In this document: positions 1-11,168 of the stretch, piece after piece
How positions within the stretch are numbered: position 1 is the stretch's first letter
Layout: each line of letters begins with the position of its first letter
IMG/VR virus record: IMGVR_UViG_3300017911_002159
Coordinates: 32,001 to 96,000 of that record
Length of the DNA stretch: 64,000 nucleotides
Direction: 5' to 3' (one strand)
From: a virus
Lineage: Duplodnaviria; Caudoviricetes
The notes under the pieces: model-generated
The model's input: the letters and a program-made list of their open reading frames with translations, nothing else
What the model was told of the DNA's origin: nothing
The model's database searches: none
Made by a program: the position numbers and the translations under genes

Positions 1-876
1 ATCCCTCCCAGAAAGGGTCATGGTTTTGATCCTCATGAAGAATTAGGCTCTGATAAAATCATGTATGCTGTTACTGTAGAAGGTAATGAGTCTAACACAA
101 TTACAGCCAACCTTCAAAATGGCTTCAGAACTGTAGGTCTTATTTCCAATCCTTCTCCAGCCAATGTAGCATTTACAGGAACAGTATCGGTAAGTAGTGG
201 CCAAAACATAGTTACAGGTTCTGGGACCAAGTTTACCACGGACTCTGTATTTACGAATCCAAATTTAAACAACGTTGCAGGACTAACTGTAAATACTATC
301 AGCACAGCAGTCCTTTCTAATACTGCTGCTTCCAACACGGCTAAAGCCAATACTTTAGTAAACCTTTTCAATGAGTTTAATAAACAAATCGTAGGACAGG
401 GCGTATCTACCGATACTATTTTGGTTGAAGGGCCAGACTTTGATGAAACTGCTGATGTGTTAAGTGTAACTTCTGATACGGTGTTACATGCAAGAATCCC
501 ATTTGCTGGTACTTACTCAGGAGTTGGTTATAGAAAAGTTTACAAAGCTAATACATTCAATAACATTATCAGACTTACAGTTGATCAAGCTAATTTATTC
601 TCAAATGGTGAGGTAATTACGTCTACAGATAAGGATCATTTTGGAACTCTGGTAAACCAATCGGCAAATACTCTGGTGATTGTTGGTACTAAATTTCCTT
701 CTGGCATAAATGTTGTTGGAAGTGTTTCTGAATCAACAGCAAACGTGGTTTCAGCAGAAGTTTCTAATTCTTACATTGACGGTTTATATGGTCATACATT
801 GTATATAAATAATGTACTGAAGGTGTCGAAGAACGACACAAGCAATGTAGAATTCAAAATTGTAGTTAAGGTTTAA
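1..876 (+). CDS. Baseplate wedge subunit (T4 gp8-like), 5'-truncated by the window edge
   Basis: The frame is open from base 1 (IPPRKGHGFDPHEELG..., the gp8-type PPxGHGxD motif) and ends in ...EFKIVVKV. It precedes a VrlC-like gene, as in marine T4-like phages. Confidence 0.65.
   Translation: MPPRKGHGFDPHEELGSDKIMYAVTVEGNESNTITANLQNGFRTVGLISNPSPANVAFTGTVSVSSGQNIVTGSGTKFTTDSVFTNPNLNNVAGLTVNTISTAVLSNTAASNTAKANTLVNLFNEFNKQIVGQGVSTDTILVEGPDFDETADVLSVTSDTVLHARIPFAGTYSGVGYRKVYKANTFNNIIRLTVDQANLFSNGEVITSTDKDHFGTLVNQSANTLVIVGTKFPSGINVVGSVSESTANVVSAEVSNSYIDGLYGHTLYINNVLKVSKNDTSNVEFKIVVKV
804..811 (+). promoter_or_regulatory. T4-type late promoter TATAAATA
   Basis: Exact gp55 consensus about 65 nt upstream of the 2173-aa structural gene. 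Confidence 0.65.
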
Positions 877-877
877 G

Positions 878-3800
878 ATGTCAGATATCAATACCAATCT
901 TAATAGATCCCCATACTTTGACGATTTTTTAGAGAACAAGAAGTTCTACAGAATTCTTTTTAAGCCGGGTTCTGCTGTGCAAGCAAGAGAGCTTTCTCAG
1001 CTTCAAACTATTTTGCAGAAGCAGATTAATAGATTTGGCTCTCACGTTTTTAAAAACGGGTCTATTGTTGATGGTGTAAATCCAAAGGTAATTGATCAAG
1101 CACATGTTGTAAGATTGAAAAATGCTTTTTCTAACAACACTGTTGTAGATCTTGATGCCATCCTTAATTCTTCTAACAACTTAATTTTAACATCTCAGTC
1201 TAGTGACGTAGAAGCTAAGATTCTCTTTCAGCAAGACGGATCTCAAGCAGATACGCCCAATACAAAAAGGTTGTATGTTGTATATACAAACGTAGATGAT
1301 ACAAATACAAAAACAGCAGTTGGTAATGTATCTATCGTAGAAAACTCCAATACTGTAACAGGTACTGGCACTTCGTTTAACAACTATGCAGTTGGCGATT
1401 ACTTTACCATATTTGAAACTCCTAACAAAAGAAGAGTTTCTTTTCAAGCCAAGATTGACAATATTGCCAACAATACATCCCTTACATTAAACAGAAAGCT
1501 GTCCTTTGCTAACAGCAGTGTGAGTTCAAACAACTTTACTATTCATAGAAACTTAACAAAGTTCGGTGTTCTCGGTACTGCGGACTCCCCCGAAATTTTG
1601 GAGGTTGTTGACAGAACTGTAAGAAATTCACAAGCCAATTCTGTAAACACTTCTGTTTCTGCAAACACCTTCCTCTTAGGTTTCTCTGTAGCAAATACAG
1701 AAACTTTGAGAGTTACAGTTAACGGTCAGGAGCAAACACCGACTGTTGATTACACTCCTAACACCACTCACGTAGTGTTAAAGTACAATCTTCAAAACAG
1801 TGACGAAATTACATTTATTGAAGCACTTAATACTGTTAAGTATACTGGTCTTCAATGTTTCAAATCTGGATCTGTAGCCACTTCTGAGAGAGCCACTGTA
1901 GTTTCTAATCAGGAAGGCGTTATTTTCCATAAAGGCCAATTCTTAAATATTGATCCCGGATTTGTTGTAGTATCTGATAATGTTGAGGGAGCTAATGATT
2001 CTATTGTTGCCGTGGATTCAAATGAATCTATTGTTACCTTTAAGGCAGATCCATCACTTCTCGACAATGCTGCAGGATTTTCTAACGAGGTTGCACCGGG
2101 AGCAGATAGACTTAAGTTAGATCCTCTTTTAGTATCTGCTAACACATCTAATCTTATTAATAAAGAAGCAGTTGCTGTTCTCGTAAACTTCAATGACGAA
2201 GGTGAAGTTCTATCCGAGAATAGAGAACCACAGTACAATATTCTTGGTGATCAACTTGCCAAGAGAAATACAGACCATGCTGGTAGCTTTACTGTAAAGA
2301 GATTTACAGTTGACACAGAAGCTGCTTCTGCAAACAATGAAAACTTCAAGATTGTTGTAGAACCCGGATTAGGTTACATCAACGGCTACAAAGTAGAGAC
2401 TTTGGCTCCTATCTCCGAAACAATTACCAGAGGAACCAACACTCTTCAAAGAGAAGATTTTGAACTTGGTATTAATTATGGCAACTATGTAAGAGTAAAA
2501 GAATTTAATGGCAACTTTGCTCCTTATGATAGAGTTACCTTTGTTCACAATGGAGCTAATCAGGGATACTTCCCAGCTTCTAACACCACATTCTTAACAA
2601 GTCTTTCTAGCTTTACTCCTGCTTCCTCGAACAACGTAGGTAGAGCTTATGTAAAGTCAGTAGAATTGGAGTCCGGTACTCCGGGTGCTCCAAATGCTAT
2701 CTACAGAATTCACCTGTTTGGTATCGAGCAGTCAGCCAATGATTCGATCTTAAATGCAAGAACCATTGTTACCAACGATACTGTAAAGGGTGGTGCAGAC
2801 ATCATTCTTAATGACAGTGACAATGCTGTTATTACTGAGATTGGAGAGCTTCCTCTCGATGCCTTTGGTGAGGCTGGTGTAAGATCTTACACGGACTCTA
2901 CAAGCACTTTTGACAATAACTTTACTGTAAGAAAGTTTGCTTCTGTGACTGACACTTTAAATGCCAATGGTTTCTTAATTGTTGACGTTGACGATGAAAC
3001 CGATCTTTCTGGTAATAATGCAATTGGTACATATACGACTTCAGAAGTAAACGATCTTGTACTTTCAAACGTAGGCAGTGAGATTTCTTGTAACTCCCTT
3101 GGAGTAACTACATCCTCTGGTAACGTGATTACTTTGTCTTCTGCATTTGGCGACAAAATTCATGTTGGCGATATTGTGCAGATTGACTCTGGCAATAAAG
3201 TTATTGTTACAAAGGTAAATTCTACTACAGAGATTCAAACAAATATTGATAGTACTGATACTACCGGTACACTTAAGAAGATTATACCTGTAGGTAAGAC
3301 TATTCCTGTGGACTCGGACATGGTGTCTACTAGTCAAGTAGATAACACTTTAGTAATCAATATTCCAATTCTGAATAACAGTAACTATACTGGTTCTACT
3401 ACCGTGAGAGCAACTTACGAGTTTAACGGTAGAGATTACAAGCCGTTCAACAAAGACGTAAAGAAAAATCTCTATAGAAGAATCAACACTGCTAACAACT
3501 CTGCCAACTCGATTGGCCCTTGGGATTTAGGTGTGGTTGATGTTCATAAGGTAACTGGTGTTTGGGTTCTTACAAATAAGAACAACGGTAACGCCAACGA
3601 CACGTTTACCGACTCTGATCTAACGGCTACCACTAACAGAGTTAATGGCGGATTCTTTGAATTTGATTCTGGTCAGCGTGATCATTTCTATGATTATTCT
3701 ACCCTTCACCTGACCAATAAAGGTAGATTTAAAAACTATGTTACTTCTAACAACACCATTGTTGTTAAGTTAGACGCCTTTACATTAGACAACAATGATG

Positions 3801-6800
3801 GTGAGGGATACTTAACTGTAGACTCTTATCCAACAACTACGTCTACAACAGCAAACACAACAACCATTAAGTTCGAAGAGATTCCTACTTACATCACTTC
3901 TAATGGTGATAAAGTAGCTCTTAGAGATGTTGTAGATTACAGACCTAGATTTAACAACAAAGAGCAAACTAATCTTCTTACCGGAGTAGCTAATACATCT
4001 ATCGTAGATGTCAGCAACGTTAAGGATAAAGATTCTGCCAAATCTTCTGGCAACAGTAAAAACTCATTCCTCATCTTTAAGAATGATACTGAGTTTGTTT
4101 CTGACTATAAGATTAACGTTGGTAAGAAGGCTGATGTTTATATCGGAGAGACAGGCACGTTAACAATCTCTGTTGCTAACAACAGCATTACCCCTGCTCC
4201 TGAAGTTCCAAAAGCCATGAGAATTGGATCTGTAGACGTAGCGCCTTTCCCTTCTCTTACCAGAGAAGAATCTACTGCCGCTAGAAACATTTACAGCGGT
4301 GGAAAGTTAAATGATAAGAGAACTGAGTTTGACGTTTCTAACTATAGAATAATTGTCGATCAGTTTAATATCAGAAGATACACTATGAAGGATATTGGTA
4401 CTCTTGATCAGAGAATCCAAAATCTTGAATACTATACATCTTTAAATGCTCTTGAATCTGATACGTTTAACAAACAGTTTAAAAATTCTTCTGGTGTAGA
4501 AAGATTTAAAAATGGTATTTTTGTAGAACCATTTATTTCTCATCAGTTTGGTGCAACAAACGACAATGAATACAGAGTATCGATTGATAAAGATCTTGGA
4601 CACTTTAGACCAAGCTTTGCTGAGGTTCTTGTAGATAACTTTACACCAGAAATTGTTTCTGGAAATGTAAATGTGTTTGGACATAGAATTATGTACAATC
4701 ACTCTGAAGTAGATTTCATCAAACAAGACAAGGCTACAAAAGTAAGACCTGCTGCACCTTTAGCTATTAGATTTGATGGTGAGCTTCAATTATTCCCTGA
4801 ATATGATGTAGGTACAGATTCAGAGAATGTTGGTAGTGTAATTATTAATCCCGATGCTCAGCCTCCTGTGCAAGAAGGCACAGTCACAACTTTTGGTAAT
4901 TGGAGAACTCGTAGAACATCTGGTCGTCGTAGAAGAATAATTAGTACTAGAAATGTGACTACTGTAACGACCACGGTGGATGAGACTCTAGAGTCTTTTG
5001 GCGAACGTGTAGTTGATGTTACGGTTACGCCGTTCATTAGAGAGCAGGCTATTAGATTTAGAGCTACTGGTCTCAGACCCAACGAACAACACTCTCTGTT
5101 CTTTAATGGTGTAAATGTAAACGAACATGTTGTACCAGCTAGATTCTCTATTCAACCAGTCTTAACTGTCACTGGACTTACAAATCCGATAAGAATTAGT
5201 AATCTACCTGATGGCGTCATCAACGATAAATTAGTATCTGATCAAATTTCTTCAAATCCTGATGTAGCGTCTACTCGTTTTGCTAGGGTTGGTGATAGAG
5301 GATTCCCTCTGATAACCAATAGATCTGGTTCTGTATCAGGACAATTCTTTGTGCCAAAGGACACGTTCCTCCAAGGCGATAGAAATATGTTGATTGCAGA
5401 TATTGAAGATTTGGATACTGAATCTGATGCTATTCTTTCTTCTGCTTCTAAAATGTTCCATTCCAACAGAATTGGCGTTAAGAGTGAAGAGCTTCTTGAA
5501 AGAAACTTCGAAGTTCAAACTAGAACCAGAAGAAGAAATCAAACTAGAAACAACAATGATCCTATTGCACAGACATTCTATGTAAGAGGGGATAATGATT
5601 TTACAGAAGATGGCATCTTTGTTAGTTCTATCGACATATTCTTTAAGAGAAAGTCTGCACGTAGAGGATCTGCAGTTAATGTTTATGTCTGTGAATTAGA
5701 GAATGGCTACCCCAACACAGAAAAAGTGTATGGAGCTTCTAAGGTAAAGCTGTCTGCAGGAAGAGTTAGTGTTTCTGATGATGCATCTGTGGCCACGAAC
5801 TTTAAATTCTCTCATCCTATTTTCTTGAAAAAGGACAGAGGATATGCCTTTGTAATCAAACCAGACGGTGACGACCCAGATTATGATGTTTACTTCTCTA
5901 AACTTGGTGGGTCTGACATTACTACTGGTACGGCTGTAAATTCTCAGCCTTATGAGGGCATTGCATTCCTTGGTGCTAACCAAGACACATGGTCTGCTCT
6001 TCAGGATGAAGATATTAAATTTACTTTAAAGAAGGCAGTGTTTGAGACTGGCGCAGCAACTGTAAGAATGGTGCCTAGAAACTTTGATAGGGGTGAGTTT
6101 GAAGACATTACATTCTTTAACAATAAAACCTCAATTCAAGTTGGTGATTTAGCATACGGAATGACAAATGCTAATAATGATCCAAACTTAACGGTTGCCA
6201 ACGTAAATACATCTATTGTTGGTATAGTATCGTCAATAGACGATATTAACAATCTTGTTAGAATTGCTCCTTCTTCTGGCAATTTTACAACGTCTGCAAC
6301 TAAGACGTTTAACACCACTAGACTTGATGGAACAACAAAATCTACTACAAAGCATAAGCTGGCTTTCTACAGACCTAGAGATCTTCTCACAGAAACTGAA
6401 ACATTAAATCTTGATAGGTTTGTGGGTACTTCGTTTATCTCTTTAGAGGATCACGAATTTAGTACAATTGTTCCACAGTTTACAACTCAAACTTACAGTA
6501 AGTCTTCAGTTGACTTTGATTTTGTTTACAACATTTCTAATACGTCTTCGAAGACATTTGCTATTCCAAATGAAGATGAGTACGAACATACAGACAATCC
6601 ATTAGTTCTGAGATCTAGAACAAATGAAAAGCTGAAGCTTGGTTCTGCTACAGGCAATAGTTCCTTCTATATTGATATTAGTATGAACAATGGCACCACT
6701 AAAACTTCGCCAATGATTGATACTAGAAGAACTCTTCTTTCTGCTGTTGGAAACTTGACTATTACACCTGATGATTCAGCAAACAACTTCATTGATGGTA

Positions 6801-7399
6801 CATCTGTAAGCACTGAAACATCTGCAAGTATTTACAGTGAGATTTTCCCCGGTCTTGGCGAAACCAACGTAAGATATATTTCTCAGCCAATTACTTTGGC
6901 TGATGGTCAAGATGCAGAAGACCTTAGAGTACTAGTGTCTGCATTCAAGCCACCAAGAGCTAAGATGTATGTGTTTGGTAGATTCGTAAACCAATATGAT
7001 AATCTTGATGATGTTCTGTTTACTCCACTTAAAGATCTTACTCCTGAACTCAATTCGACTAGAAATGATAGAGAAGATATTAAAGAATTTGAATTTAGAA
7101 TGTTTACCAGAGACGAAATCAACGATACTGAGTGGGTGAAGATCTTTAATGATACAACAGGTTCAGACTATGCATTTAAGTACACAAATGAGTATACTTC
7201 TAATAGCTTAATTGCAACTGATGCAACTACAGGTATAGCTAGTTACTTTAGAGATGGAACAACTTATGATACTTTCAAGATTTTCCAACTCAAGATTGTG
7301 ACTTATGCAACAATCGACACAGTTACAGGGTTTGGTACTAAGAATTCTTCTAACCCAGCAATTATTGAGAATGTAAGAGCTATAGCATTACAGGTATAG
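878..7399 (+). CDS. Large virion structural protein (VrlC-like / DUF4815-type baseplate-associated)
   Basis: N-terminal TNLNRSPYFDDF...FYRILFKPG...QARELSQLQ; APGADRLK; RRYTMKDIG..LEYYTSL..LE; DPIAQTF. Confidence 0.8.
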   Translation: MSDINTNLNRSPYFDDFLENKKFYRILFKPGSAVQARELSQLQTILQKQINRFGSHVFKNGSIVDGVNPKVIDQAHVVRLKNAFSNNTVVDLDAILNSSNNLILTSQSSDVEAKILFQQDGSQADTPNTKRLYVVYTNVDDTNTKTAVGNVSIVENSNTVTGTGTSFNNYAVGDYFTIFETPNKRRVSFQAKIDNIANNTSLTLNRKLSFANSSVSSNNFTIHRNLTKFGVLGTADSPEILEVVDRTVRNSQANSVNTSVSANTFLLGFSVANTETLRVTVNGQEQTPTVDYTPNTTHVVLKYNLQNSDEITFIEALNTVKYTGLQCFKSGSVATSERATVVSNQEGVIFHKGQFLNIDPGFVVVSDNVEGANDSIVAVDSNESIVTFKADPSLLDNAAGFSNEVAPGADRLKLDPLLVSANTSNLINKEAVAVLVNFNDEGEVLSENREPQYNILGDQLAKRNTDHAGSFTVKRFTVDTEAASANNENFKIVVEPGLGYINGYKVETLAPISETITRGTNTLQREDFELGINYGNYVRVKEFNGNFAPYDRVTFVHNGANQGYFPASNTTFLTSLSSFTPASSNNVGRAYVKSVELESGTPGAPNAIYRIHLFGIEQSANDSILNARTIVTNDTVKGGADIILNDSDNAVITEIGELPLDAFGEAGVRSYTDSTSTFDNNFTVRKFASVTDTLNANGFLIVDVDDETDLSGNNAIGTYTTSEVNDLVLSNVGSEISCNSLGVTTSSGNVITLSSAFGDKIHVGDIVQIDSGNKVIVTKVNSTTEIQTNIDSTDTTGTLKKIIPVGKTIPVDSDMVSTSQVDNTLVINIPILNNSNYTGSTTVRATYEFNGRDYKPFNKDVKKNLYRRINTANNSANSIGPWDLGVVDVHKVTGVWVLTNKNNGNANDTFTDSDLTATTNRVNGGFFEFDSGQRDHFYDYSTLHLTNKGRFKNYVTSNNTIVVKLDAFTLDNNDGEGYLTVDSYPTTTSTTANTTTIKFEEIPTYITSNGDKVALRDVVDYRPRFNNKEQTNLLTGVANTSIVDVSNVKDKDSAKSSGNSKNSFLIFKNDTEFVSDYKINVGKKADVYIGETGTLTISVANNSITPAPEVPKAMRIGSVDVAPFPSLTREESTAARNIYSGGKLNDKRTEFDVSNYRIIVDQFNIRRYTMKDIGTLDQRIQNLEYYTSLNALESDTFNKQFKNSSGVERFKNGIFVEPFISHQFGATNDNEYRVSIDKDLGHFRPSFAEVLVDNFTPEIVSGNVNVFGHRIMYNHSEVDFIKQDKATKVRPAAPLAIRFDGELQLFPEYDVGTDSENVGSVIINPDAQPPVQEGTVTTFGNWRTRRTSGRRRRIISTRNVTTVTTTVDETLESFGERVVDVTVTPFIREQAIRFRATGLRPNEQHSLFFNGVNVNEHVVPARFSIQPVLTVTGLTNPIRISNLPDGVINDKLVSDQISSNPDVASTRFARVGDRGFPLITNRSGSVSGQFFVPKDTFLQGDRNMLIADIEDLDTESDAILSSASKMFHSNRIGVKSEELLERNFEVQTRTRRRNQTRNNNDPIAQTFYVRGDNDFTEDGIFVSSIDIFFKRKSARRGSAVNVYVCELENGYPNTEKVYGASKVKLSAGRVSVSDDASVATNFKFSHPIFLKKDRGYAFVIKPDGDDPDYDVYFSKLGGSDITTGTAVNSQPYEGIAFLGANQDTWSALQDEDIKFTLKKAVFETGAATVRMVPRNFDRGEFEDITFFNNKTSIQVGDLAYGMTNANNDPNLTVANVNTSIVGIVSSIDDINNLVRIAPSSGNFTTSATKTFNTTRLDGTTKSTTKHKLAFYRPRDLLTETETLNLDRFVGTSFISLEDHEFSTIVPQFTTQTYSKSSVDFDFVYNISNTSSKTFAIPNEDEYEHTDNPLVLRSRTNEKLKLGSATGNSSFYIDISMNNGTTKTSPMIDTRRTLLSAVGNLTITPDDSANNFIDGTSVSTETSASIYSEIFPGLGETNVRYISQPITLADGQDAEDLRVLVSAFKPPRAKMYVFGRFVNQYDNLDDVLFTPLKDLTPELNSTRNDREDIKEFEFRMFTRDEINDTEWVKIFNDTTGSDYAFKYTNEYTSNSLIATDATTGIASYFRDGTTYDTFKIFQLKIVTYATIDTVTGFGTKNSSNPAIIENVRAIALQV

Positions 7400-7400
7400 A

Positions 7401-7595
7401 ATGGACTTAACTAATCACAGGAGAGATGAAAAATCTAACGCCATACTAAGTGTAGATAATTCATCTCTCGCTGCCTACAAAGCAGCAAGGGCTAAAGAAA
7501 AACAAATAAATAACGTAATGGAAGAGGTCCAAGATCTCAGAGTAGAATTGACAGAAATAAAGAACATGCTAAAGGCACTAGTAAATGGCAATTAA
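7401..7595 (+). CDS. Small conserved coiled-coil protein
   Basis: RDxxSxAI motif and C-terminal ELxEIKxML; usual position after the VrlC-like gene. Confidence 0.6.
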   Translation: MDLTNHRRDEKSNAILSVDNSSLAAYKAARAKEKQINNVMEEVQDLRVELTEIKNMLKALVNGN

Positions 7596-9699
7596 CATAT
7601 CTAATACTACACCTACTAATACGTTTGAGTTCTGGAGACTCAGAACGAATGATATGGCCAATGCCTTTAGACTGAAAGTGGTTAGCACTTCTTCTAACGC
7701 TGCTCCCGGTAGTGCAGCAATCACTGGGACTTTCTCAGGTCTAAATTTAAAAGCTAACGGTACTACTCAATCTACAAGTAAGACTACAGGTGCATTACAA
7801 TCCAGAGGTGGTTTGGGTGTTTCTAAGAATGCTCATATTGGCGGTAAGCTGGTTGTAACAGGAATTAGTAATACAGCTAACTTAAATGTTGCTGGAACAG
7901 TTTCTGCCACACTGTTCTCAGGAAACGGGTCTTCACTTACTTCTGTAGATGCCGAAACACTTGACGGTAAAGATTCAACCGATTTTGTTTCGAATACATT
8001 TGCAATTGCTACTTTTGCTACGAACAACTATGTTCAGTCTGATACGTTTAAGTCTGATATTGGCGTAGTATCGAATAACTACGTTGAAGGAAGATTTACA
8101 TCCAACAGTTTTGCTAAAGCTACTTTCACTTCTAATAACTATGTAGATGGAAGATTTACTTCTAACAGTTTTGTAAAGGCTACCTTTACATCTAATAATT
8201 ACGTTGATAATCAGCTTAGCACAAGAATTGGTATTAGAGCTACTAACACGTATGTAAAATCTACCTTCACTTCTAATAACTACGTTCAAAATAGATTTAC
8301 TTCGAACAACTTTGCTAAAGCTACATTTACATCTAATAGCTATGTAGATGGAAGGTTCACATCAAACAACTACGTTGACGGAAGGTTTACTTCCAACAAT
8401 TTTGTTAAAGCAACTTTTACATCTAATAACTACGTTGATAATCAGCTAAGCTCTAGAATTGGAATCCGGGCTACTAACACTTACGTAAACTCCACATTCA
8501 CTTCTAACAATTATGTGGATGGTAGATTTAGTTCTAACAATTATCTTTCTACAGTAGTTGGCATTAGAGCTACAAACACATTTGTAAAATCTACTTTTAC
8601 ATCTAATAACTATGCTAAGACTACATTTACGTCTAATAGCTTCGTTAAAGATACCTTTGTATCTAATAACTACGCTACAGACAGTTTCTTAAGATCCAAT
8701 GCTGACGATACTGCAACTGGTACAATTACCTTTAGCACAACTACCAACTTCTCTTCCGTTGCTAATGTAACTAACGGAACAATGAAGCTGCCCAATACAG
8801 CCAACATTTCTATTGGCAACATGGCATCAAACTCTAACAAATACTTAAGAGTTAATGGTGACGGTTCTGCATTAGTGTTTGCCGATTCGACTGTTGCTAA
8901 CACTGGTGATATTGGTGATATTCAAATTAACTATGCAGGTATCTCAAATGCTGATGTATTAGTATATGATGAGAATACTCAAAAGTTTGTTAACCGACCT
9001 AGATCTCTTATTGATGTTACATCTATTGATGATATCGATGATGTAAATATAACTCAATCGAGAGGTGATCTTTTAGTAAGAGTAGTAAGCACTTCTAACT
9101 CCTCTACGTTTGCTAATACTTCTAATGGTTTCATTACTGGTAGATTAGACTCATTTTCTGAGACAGAACTTACTGGTTTGACATCCAACTCTGTTGCTCA
9201 TACTTCGACCTCCAATTCATTCCTGCAGGTTTTTGTAAATGGTGTGAGATTGGGCAACGCAGACTTTTCTACAAACACATCACATGTAGGTTTGACCTCT
9301 GATTTAGTATCCAGTGATATTATTTCCATTGTTGAATTTAATCCACATGCATTTGTCGTCGGAGATGGCACTCCATCCGAGTTAAACCAGCTTAACTATT
9401 CTGACTTACGGTTAAAGTCTAATGTAGAAATTTACGAAGCATCATCTTCTGTATTTGATATTAATACATATACTTACTACTGGAAAGATACTGAAAGATT
9501 CCATGATAGGCAAGAAGTAGGTTTCGTAGCTCAAAATCTTGAAGAATATATTCCACAAGTTGTTACTGAAAACAGTGATGGTGAAAAGATGGTTGACTAC
9601 GGCAAAATGACTGCGGTTCTTCTGTCCACAATTCAACAGATGAACAAGAGAATAGAAGCTCTTGAAGAAAAAGCATTCTGCACGTGTCCGGAGGAATAA
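7585..9699 (+). CDS. Tail fibre with SNN repeats and a C-terminal intramolecular chaperone (peptidase S74-like)
   Basis: N-terminal TFEFWRLRTN; repeat shaft; C-terminal YSDLRLKSNV...GFVAQ...VDYGKM...IEALE. Confidence 0.75.
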   Translation: MAINISNTTPTNTFEFWRLRTNDMANAFRLKVVSTSSNAAPGSAAITGTFSGLNLKANGTTQSTSKTTGALQSRGGLGVSKNAHIGGKLVVTGISNTANLNVAGTVSATLFSGNGSSLTSVDAETLDGKDSTDFVSNTFAIATFATNNYVQSDTFKSDIGVVSNNYVEGRFTSNSFAKATFTSNNYVDGRFTSNSFVKATFTSNNYVDNQLSTRIGIRATNTYVKSTFTSNNYVQNRFTSNNFAKATFTSNSYVDGRFTSNNYVDGRFTSNNFVKATFTSNNYVDNQLSSRIGIRATNTYVNSTFTSNNYVDGRFSSNNYLSTVVGIRATNTFVKSTFTSNNYAKTTFTSNSFVKDTFVSNNYATDSFLRSNADDTATGTITFSTTTNFSSVANVTNGTMKLPNTANISIGNMASNSNKYLRVNGDGSALVFADSTVANTGDIGDIQINYAGISNADVLVYDENTQKFVNRPRSLIDVTSIDDIDDVNITQSRGDLLVRVVSTSNSSTFANTSNGFITGRLDSFSETELTGLTSNSVAHTSTSNSFLQVFVNGVRLGNADFSTNTSHVGLTSDLVSSDIISIVEFNPHAFVVGDGTPSELNQLNYSDLRLKSNVEIYEASSSVFDINTYTYYWKDTERFHDRQEVGFVAQNLEEYIPQVVTENSDGEKMVDYGKMTAVLLSTIQQMNKRIEALEEKAFCTCPEE
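7978..8700 (+). repeat. Coding tandem repeat, mostly 11-aa/33-nt units (F[TV]SN[NS][YF]V...), with interspersed IGIRATNT units
   Basis: About 20 degenerate units are visible in the translation. The DNA copies differ at synonymous sites. Confidence 0.85.
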
Positions 9700-10440
9700 A
9701 TGGCTACTCCAACATCGAATACAGACTTTAAAGAATTTTGCCTTAGAAAATTAGGTAAAGGAGTAATTGAAATCAACGTGAGCAATGCTCAGGTTGACGA
9801 TAGAGTTGATGAAGCTGTTAACTTTTATCAGGATTATCATTTTGATGGTACTGAGAGAGTTTACTACAAATATCAAATTACTCAGGATGATAAAGATCAG
9901 GGATATATTACTTTACCCAATAACATTATTGGTGCAGTAAATATGTTTGATATTGGTGATGAAGACAATACCAACAATCTCTTTAACATAAGATATCAAA
10001 TTGCACTCAACGATTTGTATACTCTTACATCTCAGTCTCTTGTTCCATACTACATGGCATTCCAACACCTAGAATTGTATGAGCAGATTCTAGTTGGTAA
10101 GCAGCCTATAAGATATAATAGACATGTAAACGAATTTCATATTGACATGGATTGGGACAAACTAGCTGTTGGTGAATATTTAATTATTGAAGCTTATCAG
10201 GTAATAGACCCCGATCAATACACTAAGATGTATGGAGATTATTGGCTTCAAAGATATGCTACTGCCCTGATTAAAATACAGTGGGGAGAAAACCTCAAGA
10301 AGTTTCAAGGTATGCAAATGCCCGGAGGAATGGTCATGGATGGCGTCTCTATATACAATGAAGGAGTTAGAGATAAGGAGCAGTTGGAAATGGAAATGAG
10401 AACATCTTATTCTCTTCCAGCAACTGATATGATTGGCTAA
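9700..10440 (+). CDS. 13: Neck protein gp13
   Basis: CLRKLG..VIEINV..Q..D...EA...YQDYHFDG; YATALIK.QWGENL.KF. Confidence 0.9.
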   Translation: MATPTSNTDFKEFCLRKLGKGVIEINVSNAQVDDRVDEAVNFYQDYHFDGTERVYYKYQITQDDKDQGYITLPNNIIGAVNMFDIGDEDNTNNLFNIRYQIALNDLYTLTSQSLVPYYMAFQHLELYEQILVGKQPIRYNRHVNEFHIDMDWDKLAVGEYLIIEAYQVIDPDQYTKMYGDYWLQRYATALIKIQWGENLKKFQGMQMPGGMVMDGVSIYNEGVRDKEQLEMEMRTSYSLPATDMIG

Positions 10441-11168
10441 TGACAAGAAATGCTTTCTTTAATCAGTACTCTACCTCTACAGAACAAAATCTTCTTGAAG
10501 ATCTGATCATCGAGAGCATACAAATCTATGGTTTTGATGTAAATTATCTTCCTAGAGTTTCTTTAAACACTGATTCAATTTACACTCAATATACTAGTTC
10601 AGCTTTTATTGATGCTGTACCAGTCGAGATGTATGTAAAGAATGTTTTGGGATTTGCTGGTGAAGGAGATTTTGTATCTAGATTTGGATTGGAAATAAGA
10701 GATCAAGTTACTTTCACGATTGCAAAGAAGAGGTTTGATGTTGAAGTAGCTAACGCCTCTTTTGTAAACACATACTCTTCTGCTAATGTGTTTATTTCTA
10801 ATTCTAATTATACTGATGAAGCTATTACCATCAGTAGGCCAAGAGAAGGTGATGTACTTTATTTTCCTCTATCAAACACGTTTTTTGAAATAAAATTTGT
10901 TGAACATGAGGAAGTATTTTATCCTCTAGGTAAACTCCAGACATTTGATTTAAGATGTGAAACTATGGAATATGGTGGACAAATTTTTGCTACTGGTAAC
11001 ACAACTCTAGATAACTATATGTCTGGATTGTCTCTTGGTGTTGTTTCTGGCAACACAGATTCTGGAGCTAACAATGTAGCAGGAGCAATAAACTTCGATA
11101 TTCAAAGTGAGTTTGATCAAATAGTAGACTTTACTGAAAACGATCCGTTTGCAAGTGGACAGTACTAA
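10440..11168 (+). CDS. 14: Neck/head-closure protein gp14
   Basis: EQNLLEDLIIESIQIYG..V.YLPR; RPREGD.LYFP; FEIKFVEHE; C-terminal DFTENDPF. Confidence 0.9.
   Translation: MTRNAFFNQYSTSTEQNLLEDLIIESIQIYGFDVNYLPRVSLNTDSIYTQYTSSAFIDAVPVEMYVKNVLGFAGEGDFVSRFGLEIRDQVTFTIAKKRFDVEVANASFVNTYSSANVFISNSNYTDEAITISRPREGDVLYFPLSNTFFEIKFVEHEEVFYPLGKLQTFDLRCETMEYGGQIFATGNTTLDNYMSGLSLGVVSGNTDSGANNVAGAINFDIQSEFDQIVDFTENDPFASGQY

Noticed and set aside
7978-8700. Possible CRISPR array or DGR template/variable repeat
   Set aside because: The repeats are in-frame coding units differing at synonymous sites. There are no unique spacers, no adenine-specific pattern, and no reverse transcriptase or cas gene in the window.
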